Source: a virus
Lineage: Duplodnaviria > Caudoviricetes
Reading direction: 5' to 3' (one strand)
Length of the DNA stretch: 64,000 nt
Virus record (IMG/VR): IMGVR_UViG_3300010356_000549
Location: 1 to 64,000 of that record
The notes below the pieces were generated by a model. It saw only the letters and a list, made by a program, of their open reading frames with translations, was not told where the DNA came from and ran no database searches. A program made the translations under genes and the position numbers. This document shows, piece after piece, positions 43,237-51,636 of the stretch (positions are counted from its first letter, which is position 1; each line of letters opens with the position of its first letter).

Positions 43237-45582
43237 ATGAGCTACTTAGACGCATTTGCACAAGAGGCCGTCGACGCAATTAACGTCGCACCTGAAATTG
43301 ACCTCCTCACCTCCTTACTGGATGGCAAGGTGGGGGAGGAAATATCCTATCAGATGAAGGCTAGATACAAGCCTGAATATTGGTCAGCGGTTGGGCTACC
43401 TGAGGGGTGGGAGATTAATGCCTCCACCGGGCTAATCACTGGGGTGACAGAGGTGGCGGGTCTGTATAAGGCCATTATCACCGTTAGTAATTTTCAAAAG
43501 TTAGTCTTCACCTACTCAACCAATCGCGTTATCATTGGATCGCGGGCCTTGGTTACCGGGGAGATAGTTGGTGTTTACACGACGGGAACGCTCCCGTCGC
43601 CCTTAAACGCCAGCACACTTTATGAAGTGTATGCTCCCGACACCCTGATTGGCGGGGGCGCGAACACGGACAGCGTGTATCTGGCACCTGTAGGGACAAG
43701 CAATTACATCACCCTGACCGGGGGGACGGGCAGTTATTACCTAGTCAAACGGAGGATTGACGAGGCAGCTTTGATTATCCCAATCCTGGGAGACGCCATT
43801 AGTTCTGTTTCTGATGATTCCTTCACCCTACTGATGGACGTTGATATTGACTCCGGGGTGGTCACCTTCCCCACGATAAGTGTTAGCGATTGGAGTCCAG
43901 CGGCAGCGGAACAAAGGACCGATGGCTTGAAAGCTCCCAAGTTAGCCGTAAAGCGGGGGGACCGATTCCCGGTGGCAATAGGCTTCACGAGAGCGAATCA
44001 GCTACAAGACTTGCCCTTGGGGTCTGTCCTCATCGGCTCCAAGCAATACGCGCCTGAGCCATTGGTTCCCCTGAGCGATAGTTCGTTCACCAAAATAGGC
44101 TCTGGTAAGTCAACCAGATATGAGGTTGTCCTCAGTATCGCAGAGGCAGCGTGGTTGGGTATCCTCTCTGACGAGGAGGAGGATGAAGGCACCTACGTCA
44201 ATTCCATTTGTGAGGTGCAATACAGTACGGGGGGTGCCGCTACATGGGCGACAGTCAGTCAATTAATCGTGCATGATGCGCAGGCCATAAACCTATCCGT
44301 GGCCGAGCCAGTTTCTCAGGCGTTCGAGTTTGATGAACTGCCAGACAATGCGGATGAGCCTATTGACTTCCAGTTGACGCTAAATTTATCCGCTACCGGA
44401 AACGGGGTCACCACGGGCACATCAATAACCAAGCCGCTGACGGGATCACGAAATGGGGGTGTGTGGACTTTTGTGGATCGTGATCAGGATGGTTTATCTG
44501 ATATAACGACCGTGACAACGGGATACAGCGGCTCTCTTACCTTTACGTTTAGTAGATACAAATTCCCTGCTCTACAACCAATAGACATGTCAAATGGATC
44601 GACGTACGGCGGTGTACTTGACCAAAAAATTTCGTATGTGGCTCCCGGCATCCCTTCATACCCTACTGCAATCCCAGGGTATGAATCAATCAGGTTTTAC
44701 AATGCCTCTAATACCCTCCTTAAAACCATTCAAATAGGGGATGCGGACTGGGCAGCTAAGGTAATCATCCCGTGGGCGAATAATGGGACCACACTAACGG
44801 AGACAAAGACGATTACATACCTGCTGGGGGCGACTACCTCAACCATTACTCTGACCAGTGGGATGTCTTTGCTAGACTTGTGGGTAGAGCATATCGCTAT
44901 ACAGACTGACCAGAGGGTAAAATTTCCAGAATGCTCTTTTAGTGGTCAGAATTTAGTACTGAAGTTTGGCCCAAGATGGGGCACACGACCAAGCCCATTC
45001 CGGGCTACCGTGAACGCAGTAGCATACAACGCCACCTATGCCTACAATAACATGACTAATGATGAGGTTTTTCACGAAAGTCTCCGGGAGGTAATCGAAA
45101 AAATAACTAATGCTTTGTATGGTTCCGTTTGGTCATCCGCTGCCAGACCAAAATTAGTTAGCGCAGGTATTTTTACGCCTAGTACAATTTCCATCCTGAC
45201 GCAGACCAACCTGAGTGCATTTGCTCAGTCAGTGGCTTACCTAAAAGACGAGTCCGATAATGTATATGTTTTCAATAAGACACCCTTTACGACGACCGTG
45301 GTGACACCGTTTACTCCGCTGAATGTATCATCGGACACGATTCTAGCAGGTGGTTGGAAGGCTAATTTACGTTATTCGGGGATCGACTCTGTTTCGGCTT
45401 CGGAGGCTACAGTTAGCTCCCAGGTCGTTGCTTCAACCCTTATAGGGGGGTATGAACCCACGTATGGCGAGATTGTCGTTTCAGCGCAGTTGACGGCTCC
45501 CGCAAAGGAGGAGCAGACGGGTTACACCAAAACCAGCGAATCCTTTGTCCTTAGGGTCGAGGATGACCATATCGAAAATTAA
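43237..45582 (+). CDS. tail fibre/receptor-binding candidate with an N-terminal putative Ig (He_PIG-like) domain
   Basis: SAVGLPEGWEINASTGLITG; AT-richer central segment. Confidence 0.6.
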   Translation: MSYLDAFAQEAVDAINVAPEIDLLTSLLDGKVGEEISYQMKARYKPEYWSAVGLPEGWEINASTGLITGVTEVAGLYKAIITVSNFQKLVFTYSTNRVIIGSRALVTGEIVGVYTTGTLPSPLNASTLYEVYAPDTLIGGGANTDSVYLAPVGTSNYITLTGGTGSYYLVKRRIDEAALIIPILGDAISSVSDDSFTLLMDVDIDSGVVTFPTISVSDWSPAAAEQRTDGLKAPKLAVKRGDRFPVAIGFTRANQLQDLPLGSVLIGSKQYAPEPLVPLSDSSFTKIGSGKSTRYEVVLSIAEAAWLGILSDEEEDEGTYVNSICEVQYSTGGAATWATVSQLIVHDAQAINLSVAEPVSQAFEFDELPDNADEPIDFQLTLNLSATGNGVTTGTSITKPLTGSRNGGVWTFVDRDQDGLSDITTVTTGYSGSLTFTFSRYKFPALQPIDMSNGSTYGGVLDQKISYVAPGIPSYPTAIPGYESIRFYNASNTLLKTIQIGDADWAAKVIIPWANNGTTLTETKTITYLLGATTSTITLTSGMSLLDLWVEHIAIQTDQRVKFPECSFSGQNLVLKFGPRWGTRPSPFRATVNAVAYNATYAYNNMTNDEVFHESLREVIEKITNALYGSVWSSAARPKLVSAGIFTPSTISILTQTNLSAFAQSVAYLKDESDNVYVFNKTPFTTTVVTPFTPLNVSSDTILAGGWKANLRYSGIDSVSASEATVSSQVVASTLIGGYEPTYGEIVVSAQLTAPAKEEQTGYTKTSESFVLRVEDDHIEN

Positions 45583-45586
45583 CATA

Positions 45587-46351
45587 ATGGCTACCGTAAA
45601 AGGCTCAACAATAATCAGGGATCGTGAGAACGCGAATGCTCGCGCCAACGCGAATTTTAACGCGGGCAATTTCAATGCCGAGACACAGGCACGTATTGAA
45701 GGCAATGCAATTGGGGGTGTACGTGGCCCCAATGGTGGGTGGGTTTACCCTAATAGCAGACCACTTGGCACGGGAAACATAGTTGCCACAGTAAATGGCT
45801 CTCCAAATGTAGGGGGAGCCACCTCTGGAGGTGGAAGCGGAGGAAGTAGGAGCAGCAACCTAAGCGGAAAATCTTACAACGACCTTGTGAACACGGATAT
45901 AGGTGCTCTGGTTGAGCCAGATGATGTGTTTAGCTTTGATGTGGATGCGGCGGGCAATCTGGTGAATGCCAAATTGGAGCGTGAAGGAGTAGCAGGGACT
46001 GGTATGAATTTCCCCACGGCTCTCCACCTTGCGAAGACGACCGGGTTTTTGGTGGGGAGGTCATCATGGCAAACGGCTGACTCCGGGAAGTGGCTTTACT
46101 ACTACGGGGTGGCGTGGTTCCTCCTACTCATGGACGGGTCGGAGCTGGTAACGTCCGAGGGGGTCACGCGGGAGGTTGCCCCCAACTTTACCTATGGGGA
46201 TGCCCTATCCGAGGACTGGATTCTGCCGCCGGGTGCGGGCGCTGCTGGCTATCTACAATTCGAGCCGTTCGAAAGCACGATTAATGGTAAAACGCAAAAA
46301 TACAACCCACTAAGCCCACCCACTAGGATTGGCTATGGAATAACTTTATGA
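45587..46351 (+). CDS. putative structural protein
   Basis: Gly/Asn-rich N-terminus; end of the tail module. Confidence 0.55.
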   Translation: MATVKGSTIIRDRENANARANANFNAGNFNAETQARIEGNAIGGVRGPNGGWVYPNSRPLGTGNIVATVNGSPNVGGATSGGGSGGSRSSNLSGKSYNDLVNTDIGALVEPDDVFSFDVDAAGNLVNAKLEREGVAGTGMNFPTALHLAKTTGFLVGRSSWQTADSGKWLYYYGVAWFLLLMDGSELVTSEGVTREVAPNFTYGDALSEDWILPPGAGAAGYLQFEPFESTINGKTQKYNPLSPPTRIGYGITL

Positions 46352-47400
46352 GCAGGAAGAGAGTGAAGAAAAAAACGTTTTGCCTAGTGGTCCCTTGGAT
46401 GGCACTAGGAGGCGCGGATAGGTGCGGCCTTGATGTGCTCTCCTACTACAAGTCGAAGGGGTATCGGGCAGTGGTAATAGCTACCAAACACAATCCCCTT
46501 ACCCACCATCAAACGCAGGCTTTTGCTACAGTAGCTGACGCAATTTACACCGAGGAGGATATGCTTGCTACCATACAGGAGGAGGCTCCCGATATCGTGC
46601 TGATTAATAATAGTCATCACGCTTACCAATACTTGGCCGGGATAAAGAAGGTGGCTCCAGCGTGTAAGTTATTCGCCCTAATGCACATGCTCTTACCCCA
46701 CCCATGGGATTTTGAAGAGTATCTAAAAAAGGGCTTCGCCAAGGTGGATGGGGTCATCACCGTATCCAACAAGCTGAAAGCCGACCTTGCGGAGAAGGGG
46801 ATTCGGAAGAAGGTTTATCCGCTCCATTGGTTCGGCTTTAAGGGAGATGGCCTCTCTTTCTCAAGGGAGTTGTCAAATCGGATTCTGTGCCCTATGAGGC
46901 TGGAGACCCAGAAGCGTCCCGAGTTCATCCCTCTGGTGGCGGAGAAGATGCGGGCGCTCATACCCACGGCCAAGTTCATCATAACGGGCTCGGGGTATAT
47001 GGAGGATCGTGTCAAGGAGGTGGCCGTTGAGAGGGGTGTTATGGATATGCTGGAGTTCACCGGGGAGATACCACTGGATGAAATGGAGGCGCAATACACC
47101 AAGGCTGGGGCTGTCCTTTGCCCTTCCAGAGATGAGGGGATTCCTCTCATCTATTATGAGGCAATGCAAAGGGGTGTCCCGCTCGCGGCATCAAAGGTGG
47201 GGGCAGTGGGTGAAGTGGTCCCTCCAGAGTATCTTATTGAGTTTGAGGCGAGCGACGAGGCATACCTATATGCGGAGCTGCTGGCGAAGCACTTGATGAA
47301 ATACACCATCGAGCATGTGGTAAATACAAGTATCCGGGTTTCCAGGGACTTCTCACATGGTAAATGGGCAGAGAGGCTGGCGGCTATCATGGGGAGATGA
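46348..47400 (+). CDS. GT4 (GT-B fold) glycosyltransferase
   Basis: LGGADR, RLETQKRPE, PSRDEGIPLIYYEAMQRGVPLAASKVG (EX7E). Confidence 0.9.
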   Translation: MSRKRVKKKTFCLVVPWMALGGADRCGLDVLSYYKSKGYRAVVIATKHNPLTHHQTQAFATVADAIYTEEDMLATIQEEAPDIVLINNSHHAYQYLAGIKKVAPACKLFALMHMLLPHPWDFEEYLKKGFAKVDGVITVSNKLKADLAEKGIRKKVYPLHWFGFKGDGLSFSRELSNRILCPMRLETQKRPEFIPLVAEKMRALIPTAKFIITGSGYMEDRVKEVAVERGVMDMLEFTGEIPLDEMEAQYTKAGAVLCPSRDEGIPLIYYEAMQRGVPLAASKVGAVGEVVPPEYLIEFEASDEAYLYAELLAKHLMKYTIEHVVNTSIRVSRDFSHGKWAERLAAIMGR

Positions 47401-48668
47401 TCACGATAAGCAATGGCCGAATCCTATGGATTCTCAACCCAAAAACCGGGACACGCTCCGTGGTCGCTTCAAAGTTATTTGCGGGGTATGCGGAGAACTA
47501 CATCACCGGGGTGGAGCACCCTTGCTTTAAAAATCTCTACAAGGTGGCGGTGGTTAGAAACCCCTTTGATAGACTCGTTTCCTGCTTCTTTAACAAGGTT
47601 GATGTAGGAAAAGGATACGGGGGCAAAGACAGCGGGGCGATTCCTGAGCATGTCAGGCATAGCTTCTCAGCCTTTGTTCATTGGCTGGCGGAGGGGGACA
47701 ACCTAAGGAGTGACGTTCACTGGCTACCTCAATCCGAGTATCTGCCCCCAGCACATCAGATTGACCACCTAATCAGGTTTGAGAGCTTGCGGAGGGGATT
47801 CGCCGAGGTGTGCAAAGTAGCAGGGCAGCCCTGCGAGTTGCCTCTTGACAACAACTCCTATCACGACCATTATTCCACCTATTTTGATGATGAGCTTGTG
47901 CAGGTGGCGAGCAGGCTATACGGTGAGGACTTACAACGATTTGGGTACAGTTTTAATGATATGAGCAAGGCAAGAATTGGGTGGGATAGATACGTCGAAA
48001 GCATGGTTGCACTTGGCCTGGTGCCGGGGGATGAATGGGCTAACCGGGAAAGGTGGGAGAGCATCTACAACGGTTTCCTGTCCAAACAAGCCGTAAAGGG
48101 GGAGGTCAGGAAATTTGTGGAGATTGGCCAGGGCTCCGGCAAATACACCCTGATGGCTCTGGCCGACCACAAGCCAGAGCTGGCGATCTGCTGTGACGTG
48201 TCCAAACGTTTTTTGGACTATTGCGAGGAGAGAATCTCTAAGACTATGCCGGAGGCAACCGTACGCTATGAGCTACTGCCCCCAAAGAACAGATATGCGC
48301 TCATGGACAGCGTCCTAAAGCATACCGGGCCGGAGACGGTCGACCTTGTGTTTTCCATTGATGTGATGGTTCATGTGGAGGCTCCCCTAATTCTCAACTA
48401 CCTGATGAATGCAAATAGTCTGCTCAGGCTCGGGGGGACCGTGGTAATGCAGGTGGCCAACGGTAGCACATCTTCAGGCGTTGAAAGGATGCTGGAGGAC
48501 GTGGAGCCGATTCATGGGCCTGACGAGCATTTTGAGGGCAAGTTCCAGTGGGTTACCCCGTCCCTCATTACGCGGATGGCCACTCGGGCCGGGCTTGAGG
48601 TAGAACTGATGACGTGTGAGAACGGGGTGGACCTTTACTTTTCAGCGACCAAAATAATGCACCTATGA
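47397..48668 (+). CDS. sulfotransferase family 2 fused to a class I SAM methyltransferase
   Basis: NPKTGTRS, VVRNPFDRLVSCF, HWLPQSEY, IRFESL, DLQRFGY; then FVEIGQGSG, CCDVS, DLVFSIDVMVH. Confidence 0.8.
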   Translation: MITISNGRILWILNPKTGTRSVVASKLFAGYAENYITGVEHPCFKNLYKVAVVRNPFDRLVSCFFNKVDVGKGYGGKDSGAIPEHVRHSFSAFVHWLAEGDNLRSDVHWLPQSEYLPPAHQIDHLIRFESLRRGFAEVCKVAGQPCELPLDNNSYHDHYSTYFDDELVQVASRLYGEDLQRFGYSFNDMSKARIGWDRYVESMVALGLVPGDEWANRERWESIYNGFLSKQAVKGEVRKFVEIGQGSGKYTLMALADHKPELAICCDVSKRFLDYCEERISKTMPEATVRYELLPPKNRYALMDSVLKHTGPETVDLVFSIDVMVHVEAPLILNYLMNANSLLRLGGTVVMQVANGSTSSGVERMLEDVEPIHGPDEHFEGKFQWVTPSLITRMATRAGLEVELMTCENGVDLYFSATKIMHL

Positions 48669-49342
48669 AAGCAATCGTCTATCAAGTGGACACCTACTAC
48701 AACAGTCCCCACGTTACCGGGAGGCATTCCCATCACTACTATAACATGTGCGAATACCTGCTGCCGCAAACGCAGCAATGGTGTAAGGATATGGGGCACG
48801 CCTTTGAGCTGATTAGGCCGGACGTGGTGACCTGCACGAGGAATGAGGTATGGCCGGAGACCATGCGCCACACCATCAACACCATCCCTAGGTTCGCCGA
48901 GAGCGAGTATGATTACATGCTCTTCCTGGACTTTGACATCTACGTGCCGGAGAGGTATGAGTTCCCCTTCCGGGAGGGCGTGATTCAGGCACCCTCTTAC
49001 CCGCGCAATGAAAGGTATGATTTTCTCAAGGCTAAGGTCAAGGAGATGACCGGGCTGGAGACCACCTCCGACTCCTACCTATTTTGTGCTGTGGCCATGA
49101 GCAAGGACGTGGCACGGCGGCTCAACGTCCCTATGCTGACCAATCCGATGCCCAGTTACAATGGCACAGTTTACAGCAACGATGAGCTGACCCTCCTTTA
49201 CCATGCCGATAGTAAGGGGGTGCCCTTTGAGGATATCAAGGGGATAGTCAAGCACTCCGGGTGGGGAAGGGGCAACCACATTACCCACTTTGGAGGGGAC
49301 GGGAAGGATGTAATTCGGTCGTGGTTCAGCGGAGGTATTTGA
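48665..49342 (+). CDS. GT-A-like nucleotide-diphospho-sugar transferase
   Basis: YDYMLFLDFDI (DxD), NDELTL, ITHFGGDGK. Confidence 0.55.
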   Translation: MKAIVYQVDTYYNSPHVTGRHSHHYYNMCEYLLPQTQQWCKDMGHAFELIRPDVVTCTRNEVWPETMRHTINTIPRFAESEYDYMLFLDFDIYVPERYEFPFREGVIQAPSYPRNERYDFLKAKVKEMTGLETTSDSYLFCAVAMSKDVARRLNVPMLTNPMPSYNGTVYSNDELTLLYHADSKGVPFEDIKGIVKHSGWGRGNHITHFGGDGKDVIRSWFSGGI

Positions 49343-49439
49343 CATTATGAAAAAGCGTAGGATGATACGTCAAACAAAGAGGCAGTCGCGGCCTAAAGTG
49401 GGCCGGGACGTGTTAAAAATATTACTCAATAAAGCAATT

Positions 49440-49811
49440 ATGATAGAGAGAGTAAAGTCAAGGAAACTGTGGGTGGCGGTCTTATCGGCGGCGCTGGTCG
49501 CCTTCGGAGACGGCATGGGCCTAAGTCAAGTGACCCAGTGGATCATCGGGATGATCGGCGGGCTCTACACCGTGGGGCAAGGTATTGCCGATGGTGGAAA
49601 GCAGGGGGAACTCCAGGCGCTGGCAGCAGAGCAGCGCCAAATGCAACGTGCGGCTGCGGCCTCCCGGAAGCAGATGGAGGCAGAGGCTAGGCAGGCGGCT
49701 CAATGGGGGCTACAACCTCAAGGGCAGTGGAACGGTTACCCGCCACAAGGGAACGTGCAAAATACCCAAGGTGTGCTGACTCCTAACAACCAGCAAAAAC
49801 CTCAACTATAA
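49440..49811 (+). CDS. holin-like two-TM protein with a Gln-rich tail
   Basis: KSRKLWVAV..ALVAF, IIGMIGGLYTVGQGIAD. Confidence 0.6.
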   Translation: MIERVKSRKLWVAVLSAALVAFGDGMGLSQVTQWIIGMIGGLYTVGQGIADGGKQGELQALAAEQRQMQRAAAASRKQMEAEARQAAQWGLQPQGQWNGYPPQGNVQNTQGVLTPNNQQKPQL

Positions 49812-49906
49812 GCAATTAATTGGGTCGCTAACAAGAGTGCCCTTTTGAATAGAGTCCTCCCCCCGCCGTGGGGGGGGCTTTTTACTAAGATAAAACCAAC
49901 AAAAAT

Positions 49907-50125
49907 ATGAAAAACATCATCATGCTATTGATCATCGCTTTCGCCCTATTTGGGGGTGTTCAAGCGGTTGAAGCTCGGCCTTCTAATCAGCCCTGCCGCT
50001 GTGCGGTGGACGGTTGTAAGAAGTGCCCGAAGTGCGGCGGCTGCCGCTGCGGGGCGAAGGATTGCAAGTGTAAGAAATGCACCTGCAAAAAGGCTCCCCC
50101 ATTTAGGAAAAGGGGCCAGCGCTAA
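49907..50125 (+). CDS. secreted Cys-rich metallothionein-like peptide
   Basis: signal peptide, then 11 Cys within residues 30-60. Confidence 0.65.
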   Translation: MKNIIMLLIIAFALFGGVQAVEARPSNQPCRCAVDGCKKCPKCGGCRCGAKDCKCKKCTCKKAPPFRKRGQR

Positions 50126-50216
50126 CCTTTCGGACATGACGACCTGGGGTAAGTCGCAAAACTATCCCGCCACCCCTTGCATCTCTCTCTCGGTGTGCTA
50201 CATTCTGGCAAAAAAT

Positions 50217-50234
50217 TTTGCACGATCTTGCAAA
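50217..50234 (+). repeat. 18-bp quasi-palindrome, copy 9, between the promoter and the endolysin ATG
   Basis: exact copy; TTGCAT(50177-50182)-N16-TACATT(50199-50204) upstream. Confidence 0.95.
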
Positions 50235-50242
50235 TTACTATT

Positions 50243-50704
50243 ATGGACGAACGATCAGCCCGAATCATAAGCACCTTACACCCCAAAGCGCAGCCCGTAT
50301 TTACGCGGCTCCTTGAAGCGGGAAAGACCATCGCCCTACTGCATGGGGCTGATTACGTCGCAATCTCCGGGCATCGGAGTTACGCAGAGCAAACGGAGCT
50401 GTATGCCAAGGGCCGGACCAAGCCGGGCCGGATCGTCACAAACGCTCGGGCGGGCTACAGCAACCACAACTTTGGGATCGCGGTGGATTTTGGGGTGTTC
50501 AAGGATGGCAAATATCTGGACAGCGCCAAGCCTGCCCTTGCCAACAAGATCCACAAGCAAGTCGCGGAATGGGCGGCTAAACATGAGTGGATCATCGAGT
50601 GGGGGGGCAACTGGAAATCCTTTCAAGACATACCCCACTTCCAGCTCAAAGGCCACACCCTGGCCCAACTTCGCACGCTGGTAAAGGAGGGGAAATGGAG
50701 CTAG
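50243..50704 (+). CDS. M15-family (L-Ala-D-Glu peptidase-like) endolysin
   Basis: SGHRSYAEQTELYAKGRT, TNARAGYSNHNFGIAVD, WGGNW..FQDIPHFQ. Confidence 0.92.
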   Translation: MDERSARIISTLHPKAQPVFTRLLEAGKTIALLHGADYVAISGHRSYAEQTELYAKGRTKPGRIVTNARAGYSNHNFGIAVDFGVFKDGKYLDSAKPALANKIHKQVAEWAAKHEWIIEWGGNWKSFQDIPHFQLKGHTLAQLRTLVKEGKWS

Positions 50705-51060
50705 GTAAAGTGACCCAATGGATTGACGAGCTAATCGCTCAAACCAAAATGCCCCCGCCTATGGAAGCCGACCCGCGCATTTTTTGTTACATGCTCGGGA
50801 TTATCGCTTTCGGGGGTGTATCCGCGCTGGCGGCCCTTTTCTCCTCCGAGGCTTCCTTGACACCCCGTGTAGTGGTGGCGTATATGCTGTCGGGGCTTAT
50901 CTCCTCAGGCGTTGTGGTGCTGCTACTGGTGGAAAGGTATGGTCTGTCGTGGTTTCTGGTAGGCATTGCCATCCTCGCGGGGTACAAAGCGGTGGACTTT
51001 TTGGCGGCTGGAAGTCTGTATGTAAGGAAACTAATCGGAAAGTTCGTAAAGCATGAGTAA
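50695..51060 (+). CDS. holin (three predicted TM segments)
   Basis: hydrophobic segments, basic C-terminus, overlaps the endolysin stop. Confidence 0.65.
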   Translation: MELGKVTQWIDELIAQTKMPPPMEADPRIFCYMLGIIAFGGVSALAALFSSEASLTPRVVVAYMLSGLISSGVVVLLLVERYGLSWFLVGIAILAGYKAVDFLAAGSLYVRKLIGKFVKHE

Positions 51061-51520
51061 GGCAAGGTTAAGGGTCAGCGAATTACTACACGTATTATTG
51101 CTCGTTTTGGTAGGGGCAAGCCTGGGGGGCTACATCTTCGAGAAGGGTCACCGGAAGAGTGCCCACGAACGCATGGAATTGGCCTTTCACTCCGGGCGGG
51201 CCGGGTGGTGGGTGTTCAACGTGAGGAAGAACCAACTAGAATGGTCAGACGGCATGTTTGATTTATACCAGCAGAAGCCCGAGTCGTGGGAGCCGACTTA
51301 TGCCGGGTTTATAAATTCTGTGCATCCTGAGGACCGGGTGGAGGTCACGTCCCTACTGGAGGAATGCTACACCAAGGGCACGCCTTACCGGGTGGGCTTT
51401 CGTATTGTATGGCCGGACGGTCAGGTTCACAAAATACTGGCATCAGGGGAACGCTCGCACGATGGCCGATACATCGTTGGAATCAACATCGAGGACTCGA
51501 TGCTAAGGGTTTACGAGTAA
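51053..51520 (+). CDS. membrane-anchored PAS (PAS_3-like) domain protein
   Basis: TM at residues 10-28; GWWVFNV..LEWSD..DLY, SVHPEDR, YRVGFRIVWPDGQVHKI. Confidence 0.8.
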   Translation: MSKARLRVSELLHVLLLVLVGASLGGYIFEKGHRKSAHERMELAFHSGRAGWWVFNVRKNQLEWSDGMFDLYQQKPESWEPTYAGFINSVHPEDRVEVTSLLEECYTKGTPYRVGFRIVWPDGQVHKILASGERSHDGRYIVGINIEDSMLRVYE

Positions 51521-51636
51521 AGGGGCGATAACTTGCTGGCGATCAAGGGATAGTATTTTTGTTAAAAAAAGACTTTGCAAAGGCTTTAAAAGGGTTTACT
51601 CTTTAGTCGTCCACAGTAGAGGGACAATAAACGACA

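Noticed and set aside
40524-46351. Diversity-generating retroelement or invertible tail-fibre cassette
   Set aside because: No reverse transcriptase, recombinase, or template/variable repeat pair was seen in the window.
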